Positions 28,043 through 35,832 of a stretch of DNA of 35,832 nucleotides are shown here, piece after piece (position 1 is the stretch's first letter; each line of letters starts with the position of its first letter). The notes beneath the pieces were generated by a model. The model had not been told where the DNA came from, did not search any database, and saw nothing but the letters and a program-made list of their open reading frames with translations. The position numbers were made by a program, and so were the translations under genes. This stretch comes from Candidatus Bathyarchaeota archaeon (lineage in GTDB: Archaea; Thermoproteota; Bathyarchaeia; Bathyarchaeales; Bathyarchaeaceae), in assembly GCA_029879825.1 (NCBI GenBank), contig JAOUPL010000002.1, positions 1 through 35,832 of the forward strand. The letters run 5' to 3'.

Positions 28043-28876
28043 TCACAGTTTTTCTGCTTGTTCCCGTAAGGAATTGAATAGTTCGGGTCTTAAGTCGCGT
28101 AGTGTGGGCACAAAGGCTTCTGCGCGTTCCAAATCCGCGTAGTCGATGGTTCCTATGACTAGATCTTCTTCGTCGTAATTGGCTTTTGCAAGGATACTCC
28201 CGTCGGGGGCTATTATTCTGCTTCCCCCCCAAAATTGTAATCCATTTTCAACTCCAACGAGGTTCACGTAGGCTAGAAAAACAGTGTTTTCAAGAGCTCT
28301 CGCAGCAGTAAACACCTCAAAGAACCTGCTTCTCACAGCTGGCGAGGCTGATATGCAGACTATAAGTTGTGAGCCTTTCAATCTTAGCAAGCGGGATATT
28401 TCCGGGAAAAACATGTCGTAACAAATCGTCAACCCCATTTTTCCGATTTCTGTTTCGAAAACTGGCGCCTCGTATCCTAGTCGAAAATAGCGTTTCTCTT
28501 CAAAAACGCTGTGGGTTGGCAGATGCATCTTTCGGTACTTACCGATCAATCCGTCAGGACCCAACAAAACCGCTGTATTGTAGAGGACGGCGTGTGCCTT
28601 CTCGCTTTGTTCAGGCATTCCAAAAACTATGTATATGTTCTCTTTCTTTGCTGTCTCTTCCAAGGAGTAAATGGAAGAGCCTGGAATGGGCTCCGCCAAC
28701 TCATACGCGAGGTCCCGGTTTAAGTAGCCGGTTAATGAGAGTTCTGGGAAAATAACGAGGTTTGCGCCTTTTTCCTTTGCCCGTTTAATATTGTTCTTCA
28801 TGACGTTAATGTTGTGTTTCTTATCTCCAACTTTACAACTTATTTGTGCAAGAGCCACGTTAACTTTTTCTGGCAT
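28043..28876 (-). CDS. Carbon-nitrogen hydrolase (nitrilase superfamily)
   Basis: E-K-C triad: FPELSLTGY, YRKMHLP, ICYD. Also RALEN and GGSRII.PDG. Confidence 0.92.
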   Translation of the reverse strand: MPEKVNVALAQISCKVGDKKHNINVMKNNIKRAKEKGANLVIFPELSLTGYLNRDLAYELAEPIPGSSIYSLEETAKKENIYIVFGMPEQSEKAHAVLYNTAVLLGPDGLIGKYRKMHLPTHSVFEEKRYFRLGYEAPVFETEIGKMGLTICYDMFFPEISRLLRLKGSQLIVCISASPAVRSRFFEVFTAARALENTVFLAYVNLVGVENGLQFWGGSRIIAPDGSILAKANYDEEDLVIGTIDYADLERAEAFVPTLRDLRPELFNSLREQAEKL

Positions 28877-28920
28877 ACAGTCTCCCTCCTAGTTTAAATT
28901 TGCAGGGGTTTAGAAAAAGT

Positions 28921-29772
28921 TTAGTATGGTTTATGGGGAAGTCTGAAGTCTTTTCCAATGGTTCTGTATCCAAGTTTCGTTGTTAAAGGTAGTCGCCGCT
29001 TGTGTTCTGTGACTAGCCACCGTCTTTTAACGTCCTCAACGAGTTTTATGGGTAGCTTTAGTTGCTCGGCGATTTCTTTAGATTTCATAAAATGTTCTAA
29101 GCCGAACAGAATTAAATCTAGGGTCTCGTACTTAATGCCTAACTCTTTTTCTGCTAGTTGGTTTGGCCAAAGTCTAGGAGACGGAGGTTTCGCCACGATC
29201 TCGGCGGGAACACCTATATGTAGGGCCAGCTGCCTAACTTGAGTCTTGTAAAGGTCCATGATGGGTGAGATATCTGCGGCTCCGTCTCCCCACTTTGTGA
29301 AATACCCCACCATGATTTCAGACTTATCTGAAGCGCCGCACACTAGCCTGTTAAGTTTGTTGGCATAATAATACAGGTAAACCATTCTAATTCTCGCCTT
29401 TACGTTGCCCTTGCTAAGCTTGTCTGCGACATCATAAATTGGAAGAGATTGGAAGCATGCTTTCAATGTAGAGGAAATGTCAACTATCTGCAGATTGAAA
29501 TCGAATTTTTTTGCAAGAAGTTTTGCATGTTGAATATCGGTGACGTCGTACGTTTCCTCCTCGGGCATTGCGATACCTAGCACCTTATGACCTCCCAAAG
29601 AAAGGGAGGCGAGAGCCGCCGTTGCGGAACTGTCAAGCCCACCGGATGCCCCTAAAACTACCCCATCCGCTCCACATTTCTCCACGTAATCTTTGACGAA
29701 CCGCTTGATTCTGTTTTCAACTGATGGCAAGTCTAATTTTAGGACGTCACTCGTCAATTTCAACGTGCTCAC
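28921..29772 (-). CDS. nadE: NAD+ synthetase (single-domain)
   Basis: SGGLDS, GNVKARIRM, KSE..VGYFTKWGDG, DLYKTQV, KPPSP.L and EHKR motifs. Confidence 0.95.
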   Translation of the reverse strand: MSTLKLTSDVLKLDLPSVENRIKRFVKDYVEKCGADGVVLGASGGLDSSATAALASLSLGGHKVLGIAMPEEETYDVTDIQHAKLLAKKFDFNLQIVDISSTLKACFQSLPIYDVADKLSKGNVKARIRMVYLYYYANKLNRLVCGASDKSEIMVGYFTKWGDGAADISPIMDLYKTQVRQLALHIGVPAEIVAKPPSPRLWPNQLAEKELGIKYETLDLILFGLEHFMKSKEIAEQLKLPIKLVEDVKRRWLVTEHKRRLPLTTKLGYRTIGKDFRLPHKPY

Positions 29773-29942
29773 CCTGCATCTCTACTATTGAGTCCCCTCT
29801 TTAATAGCTCATATTTTTCTTCCATTTCTAGTTTCGTTAAATGCCGCGTTTAGGACAAATATTTAAGCCATTACGATGTACTTGGACACGTGTGGTTAAA
29901 GGTAGCAGCTTTAAATGTTATATTCATAACAGGGGACTTGAC

Positions 29943-30185
29943 ATGGGTAGAAGGCGAAGAAAAGTAGCTCGAATCCCTAAAACGAAGTTGCCCAAGGTTT
30001 ACCTATGCCCCAAATGTGGAAAAGAAGCAATTAGGGTTGAGATATCGCCAGGTAAAGAACGCGCTAGAGTGCGGTGTGGAAGTTGCGGCTTAACGGATGA
30101 ACTATCCATTAGACCTGCTTTTCGAGAAATCGACATATACTGTCAATTCACCGACAAATTCTACTCAAGAGCAATTAGTACCTAG
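29943..30185 (+). CDS. elf1: Transcription elongation factor Elf1
   Basis: MGRRRRK start, CPKC...CGSCG zinc ribbon and IDIY..F.D. True start is ATG 29943. Confidence 0.88.
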   Translation: MGRRRRKVARIPKTKLPKVYLCPKCGKEAIRVEISPGKERARVRCGSCGLTDELSIRPAFREIDIYCQFTDKFYSRAIST

Positions 30186-30196
30186 TGGGGTCATGC

Positions 30197-30943
30197 ATGG
30201 TTGGGCAAGTGGAAAAATATCTGCTAGAAAAGATTGAGGAAGAAGGAACTATTCATATTACTCTCATCGATCCCGAAAAGGTAACTCCCTCCTCCGCATC
30301 CCATATAGTTCATGACGCGGAATCTTGCCAAACAGCAGCTATTATGGTTGGCGGATCAACAATTGTTTCAACTTCCAATCTGGACAGTGTTGTAAAAGCG
30401 ATAAAAACGACAGTGAACATTCCGGTAATTCTTTTTCCCAACAACGTAACCGGCATTAGCAAGTACGCTGATGCCATATGGTTCATGTCACTCCTCAATT
30501 CATCAGATCCCTACTTTATTATAGGCGCCCATGTTTTGGGTGCGCCCATCATCAAGGAATTCGGTTTGGAACCCATTCCCCTTGGTTATATAATCGTGGG
30601 AGAGGGCAGTGCAGCCAGCGTCGTAGGAAAGGCTGTTCCAATTCCATACGACAAACCTGAACTTGCTGTCGCCCATGCCTTAGTAGCAGAGTATTTTGGC
30701 ATGCGCTTCGTTTACCTAGAGGCGGGATCCGGCGCCAAACAATCCGTGCCTAGCGAAATGATAAGAATGGTGAAGAGTATTATCAGTCTTCCCTTGATTG
30801 TAGGCGGCGGCATAAAAACCGGTGAACAAGTGAAAGAAGTAGTAGAGGCTGGGGCAGACATAATTGTGACAGGCAACGTTTTAGAAGAGTATGACGTGAA
30901 AGACAAAATCAGGGAACTAGTGAAAAATATGAAACGCCCATGA
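30197..30943 (+). CDS. Geranylgeranylglyceryl phosphate synthase
   Basis: TLIDPEK, MVGGST, FMSLLNS, YLEAGSGA, VGGGI and IVTGN motifs of group II GGGPS. Confidence 0.93.
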   Translation: MVGQVEKYLLEKIEEEGTIHITLIDPEKVTPSSASHIVHDAESCQTAAIMVGGSTIVSTSNLDSVVKAIKTTVNIPVILFPNNVTGISKYADAIWFMSLLNSSDPYFIIGAHVLGAPIIKEFGLEPIPLGYIIVGEGSAASVVGKAVPIPYDKPELAVAHALVAEYFGMRFVYLEAGSGAKQSVPSEMIRMVKSIISLPLIVGGGIKTGEQVKEVVEAGADIIVTGNVLEEYDVKDKIRELVKNMKRP

Positions 30944-31088
30944 GAGGATACACGAGGGGTCCTCAAACAGGAACCGTGTCAACTTTCATTTTTTTTGAAC
31001 TCACGAAGAGCCTTCTTCTCTTTTTATCTATTTTGTGTTAGAAAGACTCAATATCCGCTTCCGAGAATCGTAGTGAAGGAGGACGATT

Positions 31089-34000
31089 TTGGACATCGAG
31101 ATGAGCAAAGAGTATCAGCAATACACGGCTGTTTTAGAAAAAAGCCTCGAGAGCGTGTATGCTGTTGCAAGAAAGGCGAGAGAGAGGGGGCTAGACCCTG
31201 CCCTCAGTCCTGAGCCTGAAGTAGCGAAGGATCTAGCCGAACTCGTCGAAGGACTTGTTGGTCCTCCCGGAGTTGCTGAAAGTATACGAGATTTGAGCAA
31301 AAAGTTACCTCGAGACGAACTTGCTTTCAAGATTGCCGAGCAAATTGTTTATGGAAAATTTGGGCACATGGATGCACGTGAAGCAGCCGAGCAAGCGATA
31401 AGAACCGCCCTCGCCATATTAACCGAAGGAATTACTGCGGCTCCCCTGCAGGGTGTAGCGCGAGTAGCTGTCAAATCCAATCCTGATCGAACAAAGTATC
31501 TCGCAATTTATTACGCTGGTCCAATACGCTCTGCAGGCGGCACTGAGCAAGCCTTAACCTTGGTGATCGGAGATTTTGTTCGCCGCCTGCTCGGGTTGGA
31601 CCGTTATAAACCAACCGAGGAGGAGATTAGCCGTTTCATAGAAGAAGTGCGGTTATTTGAGCGGGCAGTAGCTAGATTTCAGTATCATGTTTCAGACGAG
31701 GAATTGAGAAGGGCTGTTCAGTTTATTCCAGTGGAAGTCACCGGCACAGAATCCGACCCAATTGAGGTTTCATCCTTCCGTAACCTACCTCGAATTGAAA
31801 CAAACCGAGTTCGAGGCGGGGCTCTTCGAGTTGTAAATGATGGGGTCGTGGGACGCTCTGCAAAAGTGTGGACGATCGTTGAGAAACTGGGACTCGAGGG
31901 ATGGGATTGGTTAGGAAGAATAAGGGAAATCGAGGAAAAAAGGACAGCTGGGTTTATGGAAGATGTCATCGCCGGCCGCCCAATTTTCTCATTTCCGTCT
32001 ACACGTGGGGGCTTCAGGCTTCGCTATGGGAGAGCAAGGAACACAGGCCTTGCAGCAGTGGGCATCCACCCCGCGACCATGATGGTTCTTGGAAACTTTC
32101 TCGCCGCAGGAACGCAACTGCGCATAGAAGGGCCTGGAAAAGCCGGAGTTGTTGTCCCTGTGGATACGATAGAACCCCCGGTTGTGCGTCTAAAAAATGG
32201 GTCCGTTGTCCGTGTTTCACTTCAAAATTTTAAACAAATCCAAAACGTGATTGACAAAATTCTATTTATTGGGGACATTCTCATCGGATTTGGCGACTTT
32301 TTATACAATAATAAACCTCTGCTTCCGTCTGGTTTCACCGAAGAATGGTGGCGTGAAGAGCTTCGCGCGGTCATCAAACAAGATTTTAACGGCAGTTTAG
32401 AAAAGGCTGCTGCAGCCGTCAAGATTCCCACCCTCCGTCTCGAAGGCATGTTAGGCGACCCGTTCAAAAACAAGCCAAGCGCCAAGGAGGCAATAGCGTT
32501 GTCTTCAACGTTCAAGGTGCCTCTTCATCCTTTTTTCACCTTTTTTTGGTCCAGCATTTCCTCTGAAGAGTTTCAAACGTTAAGGAAATGGCTCTTGAAT
32601 TCCGAAAGGCAAATCGACGCCAGTGTTGTCCAAGAAATAACTGGCGTGAAGAACGAAACGACAAAAGTTCTGCTTGAAAGAATTTTGGTTCCACATGAAG
32701 TCGTTGAAAACAAAATTAAGATAGAAAGCGATGAGGCGCACATCTTCGCTTTTTGCCTTGGGCTACACGCCCCCAAAACGACAGTTCATTCAAAAAGCGT
32801 TTTTGAAATCATGCAGAAACTCGCGGGGGTCCCTATCAGAAAAAAGGCTCCTACCTTTCTCGGGGCCAGAATGGGACGCCCAGAAAAGGCTAAGAGGCGA
32901 GAGATGAGGCCGCTCGTTCACGTCCTGTTTCCCGTCGGGTTGGCTGGTGGCTCTCGACGAAATCTTATAGCGGCGTTGAGCAAAGTTGCGATAGAAGTTG
33001 ACCTCGTTAAGCGTCGTTGTTTGGGGTGTAATGAGTTAACCTTCAAAGCGAAATGTCCTCGGTGTGGCGCAGAAACCGTTGTGGAGAAATTTTGCCCTAG
33101 ATGCGGGAGGCGTCTAAAAGAAAGTTTTTGTCCGGTTTGCAGGGTTCCAACGAGAAGTTACGAGAAACAATTGGTTAATCTTAAAGAGTTGATGGACGAA
33201 GCCTGCAGAAAGCTTAATCTTCCTATCCCTGAACTCGTGAAGGGTGTAAAGGGTTTAATGAATGAAACAAAGACGGCGGAAATCCTTGAAAGGGGGATTC
33301 TACGAGCGAAACATGATCTGTCTGTCTTCAAGGATGGGACAATACGGTTCGACGTTACAAACGCTCCATTGACGCATTTTAAGGCAACAGAACTCGGCGT
33401 GCCTGTTGAAAAGCTTCGGCAACTTGGCTACTCCTACGACTGCGATGGAAACAGCTTGACCGATTCTAATCAGGTATGTGAGCTTAAAGTGCAGGACGTG
33501 ATTATTCCGTTGAAGAGCGCAGAATACTTTGTTCGCGTTGCCAACTTTCTAGACGAGCTTCTAGAAAAGGTATACGCGCTTCCTCCATACTACAACATTA
33601 AACGAGTTGATGACTTGATTGGGCATCTTGTTGTAGGTTTGGCACCCCACACTTCCGTAGGCATCCTTGGGAGGATCGTCGGCTTTACTCGTCTAAATGT
33701 TTGCTATGCTCATCCTCTATGGCATTCGGCGAAGCGCAGGGACTGCGACGGCGACGAAGACACGCTAATGCTGGCTTTGGACACGATCTTGAGCTTCTCT
33801 AAATCTTATCTGCCTGCTCAGATAGGGGGAATAATGGACGCTCCGCTGTTCATCATCCCGGTGGTAAATCCATTGGAAGTGCAGCGGCAAGCTCATGAAG
33901 TCGATGTTGCTGCAACGTATCCATCCCTTTTTTATGAAAAAACTTGGCAGAAGGCAGCGCCCCAGAAAGTGAGCGGACTCATAGACCTCATTGAACATCG

Positions 34001-34499
34001 ATTAAACACCCCCGCGCAGTTTCAGGGTTTCAAGTATACGATTCCCGTTTCCGATATCAATATGGGCAATGATGAGAGTGTATATAAGAAATTGGGGCAG
34101 ATGATTAATAAGTTACATAGCCAGCTTACATTGGCAGAAAAGATCGAGGCTGTCGACGCTAAGAGGGTTGCGAAGAAGGTTCTAACTACACACTTTATCC
34201 GCGACATAGCTGGCAACTTAAGAGCTTTCACCACCCAAAACTTTCGATGCAAATCCTGCAACAAACGGTTTAGAAGGCTACCTCTCCGTGGAAAGTGTCC
34301 AGACTGTGGAGGCGCCGTGACCCTAACCGTTTATCGTGGAGGGATTGAAAAATACTTGGAGGCGGCGCATCAACTCGTTCAGAAGTATGGTCTCTCTGAG
34401 TATTACGCTCAACGGCTTTTGTTGGTTGAAGAAGAAATCAGATCGTTGTTCGAAGGTAATAGACCTAGACAAGTCAGCTTGGCAGATTTCGTCGCTTAG
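31089..34499 (+). CDS. polC: DNA polymerase D large subunit DP2
   Basis: YAGPIRSAGGT, GGFRLRYGR.RNTG, RMGRPEKA, FKDGT.RFD, LAPHTS and catalytic KRRDCDGDED motifs; zinc fingers; no intein. Confidence 0.97.
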   Translation: MDIEMSKEYQQYTAVLEKSLESVYAVARKARERGLDPALSPEPEVAKDLAELVEGLVGPPGVAESIRDLSKKLPRDELAFKIAEQIVYGKFGHMDAREAAEQAIRTALAILTEGITAAPLQGVARVAVKSNPDRTKYLAIYYAGPIRSAGGTEQALTLVIGDFVRRLLGLDRYKPTEEEISRFIEEVRLFERAVARFQYHVSDEELRRAVQFIPVEVTGTESDPIEVSSFRNLPRIETNRVRGGALRVVNDGVVGRSAKVWTIVEKLGLEGWDWLGRIREIEEKRTAGFMEDVIAGRPIFSFPSTRGGFRLRYGRARNTGLAAVGIHPATMMVLGNFLAAGTQLRIEGPGKAGVVVPVDTIEPPVVRLKNGSVVRVSLQNFKQIQNVIDKILFIGDILIGFGDFLYNNKPLLPSGFTEEWWREELRAVIKQDFNGSLEKAAAAVKIPTLRLEGMLGDPFKNKPSAKEAIALSSTFKVPLHPFFTFFWSSISSEEFQTLRKWLLNSERQIDASVVQEITGVKNETTKVLLERILVPHEVVENKIKIESDEAHIFAFCLGLHAPKTTVHSKSVFEIMQKLAGVPIRKKAPTFLGARMGRPEKAKRREMRPLVHVLFPVGLAGGSRRNLIAALSKVAIEVDLVKRRCLGCNELTFKAKCPRCGAETVVEKFCPRCGRRLKESFCPVCRVPTRSYEKQLVNLKELMDEACRKLNLPIPELVKGVKGLMNETKTAEILERGILRAKHDLSVFKDGTIRFDVTNAPLTHFKATELGVPVEKLRQLGYSYDCDGNSLTDSNQVCELKVQDVIIPLKSAEYFVRVANFLDELLEKVYALPPYYNIKRVDDLIGHLVVGLAPHTSVGILGRIVGFTRLNVCYAHPLWHSAKRRDCDGDEDTLMLALDTILSFSKSYLPAQIGGIMDAPLFIIPVVNPLEVQRQAHEVDVAATYPSLFYEKTWQKAAPQKVSGLIDLIEHRLNTPAQFQGFKYTIPVSDINMGNDESVYKKLGQMINKLHSQLTLAEKIEAVDAKRVAKKVLTTHFIRDIAGNLRAFTTQNFRCKSCNKRFRRLPLRGKCPDCGGAVTLTVYRGGIEKYLEAAHQLVQKYGLSEYYAQRLLLVEEEIRSLFEGNRPRQVSLADFVA

Positions 34500-34552
34500 C
34501 AGAACTACTGGAAACCTTTTTTGTGTCAAAGAATAATTTGTTTTGAGGAACC

Positions 34553-34834
34553 ATGTTTAAAATGTCACACCATCCTAAGGCTTTTTTAACTCTAAAGAGA
34601 AATGTTCAAAGGGGCTTGTTGGCTAGGACACGGATAATTTTGATTCTTGAGAAGGAGGCGTCTAATGCCAAAAACCTTGCGCAAGAAACTGGTTTGAGCT
34701 ACGCTTCGGTTCTTTATCATCTTCATCTTCTCGAAGCTGAAAACATCCTCACCCGTAAGGGCAAGAGGTCTTACGTTTGGAAGTTAACTGGAGCTGGACA
34801 ACAGAGACTAACGGACGCAGGCAGCAAGAAATGA
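34553..34834 (+). CDS. ArsR-like winged-HTH protein
   Basis: RTRII..L...NAKNLAQETGLSYASVLYHLHLLEAENIL pattern. Confidence 0.8.
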   Translation: MFKMSHHPKAFLTLKRNVQRGLLARTRIILILEKEASNAKNLAQETGLSYASVLYHLHLLEAENILTRKGKRSYVWKLTGAGQQRLTDAGSKK

Positions 34835-34870
34835 ATTGTCTGTAGGCCGTGAAGCTTTTAATCCACTAGT

Positions 34871-35353
34871 TCACAATTTTCGTAGTGCAACTCCAAACAG
34901 CAACACCAAAAGACTCCTAACAACAAGCGACAGCCCTATGAACACAATCAACCAACCAAGAAAACCGAACCACTCGAGGGCTTCAGCTGCCAACAGGTTC
35001 GAAACGAAACCCACACCCAACCAAAAAACTATACCCGAAAACGTCCCAATCACCCTATTTAGGGGGTCTCTAAAAAAGAACCTCAAAACCAAAATGACGA
35101 TCTGAAATAGACTGAAGACAAAACAAAACCGCGCAACAGCTGTATAAACTACTGGATGATGGTGCGCCGGTGAAGGCAAGAAAACGTTCGGAAAAACCTC
35201 CTTTTCGAGCGTGAAGCTGTTGAAGAAGTCAGCAACTGCTTGGGAGAGGTTTGGCGTAATTAGCCAAATCACGCCAATAAGCAGGAGAAAAAATCCAAGG
35301 GAAGCGAAGCCAAGTTTGTCTTGTTCCTCGTGTCGCCTTTCACGTCGGGGCAT
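34871..35353 (-). CDS. Hypothetical integral membrane protein (~4 TM helices)
   Basis: Four long hydrophobic segments; ATG preceded by a GGAGAGAAGTGA purine-rich SD-like sequence. Confidence 0.75.
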   Translation of the reverse strand: MPRRERRHEEQDKLGFASLGFFLLLIGVIWLITPNLSQAVADFFNSFTLEKEVFPNVFLPSPAHHHPVVYTAVARFCFVFSLFQIVILVLRFFFRDPLNRVIGTFSGIVFWLGVGFVSNLLAAEALEWFGFLGWLIVFIGLSLVVRSLLVLLFGVALRKL

Positions 35354-35515
35354 CAGTCACTTCTCTCCAGTGTAAGTGAAAGATATTTGGCGTTTGCCCT
35401 ATTGAGTATTGGTTAAATTTTCCACGACAATTATCAACTTCCATATTTATAGAGAAGAACGAAAATGTAATCAGTAAAAGAACCGAGTTAGGATAATGAC
35501 GCATCGTTAATCGAG

Positions 35516-35832
35516 ATGGCTCAGGTGAAAGTGCTCTTCGTAGAACCTCCGAAGGATTACTGGTTTGTTATGGGAGAGTATCTGCCACCGCCCTATGGAA
35601 TTCTTCAACTTGCGGCTTTCCTTGAAAGCGAATGCAAGGATGTGGAGATAAATGTGTTGGATTGCAATGCCGAACGTTTGGATTGGAAGGGACTAGAAAG
35701 GCATGTTGAATCTTTTAACCCCGATGTTGTCGCTTCGAGCGCCCTTGCAACCTGCAATACTTACGTTGCCGTCCGAACCTTGGAAACAGCGAAAAAAGTG
35801 AAGCCAGATGTTCTGACTGTTGCCGGGGGGCA
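35516..35832 (+). CDS. Partial (5' end) cobalamin-binding domain protein, probably radical SAM
   Basis: Not in ORF track: MAQVKVLFVEPP...PPYGILQLAAFLE...VLDCN...PDVVASS...KKVKPDVLTVAGG, running off the window edge. Confidence 0.82.
   Translation, partial: MAQVKVLFVEPPKDYWFVMGEYLPPPYGILQLAAFLESECKDVEINVLDCNAERLDWKGLERHVESFNPDVVASSALATCNTYVAVRTLETAKKVKPDVLTVAGG

Noticed and set aside
33720-33770. Intein at the DP2 catalytic motif
   Set aside because: HSAKRRDCDGDED is uninterrupted and the protein length is normal.

Overview
Archaeal core-chromosome segment, most consistent with a TACK-related lineage such as Bathyarchaeia (inferred from PolD plus Elf1, an intron-containing tRNA and frequent TTG/GTG/CTG starts). 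The left part is a minus-strand informational gene string (srp54, pus10, rpl21e, rpoF, DUF655, ksgA, dcd-like, rpl10e, ppsA, dph2, METTL5-like, csl4, rpoL). It is followed by PAC2/Hsp20, dhs/aIF5A, a truncated NAD-kinase-like remnant, nob1 and tRNA-Ser(CGA). The centre holds a likely replication origin: cdc6/orc1, three ORB-like boxes and an AT-rich unwinding segment, with PolD subunits DP1 and DP2 on either side. Right of the origin is a poorly characterised block: a wHTH gene, a stand-alone nurA-herA pair, a membrane-anchored coiled-coil wHTH gene and an HTH gene. The last two are surrounded by about 22 copies of a TGTGAT/ATCACA motif in four clusters. This gene-plus-repeat arrangement is the best candidate for an undescribed system, possibly origin-to-membrane tethering or chromosome segregation. 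All calls come from motif recognition by eye; no searches were run.
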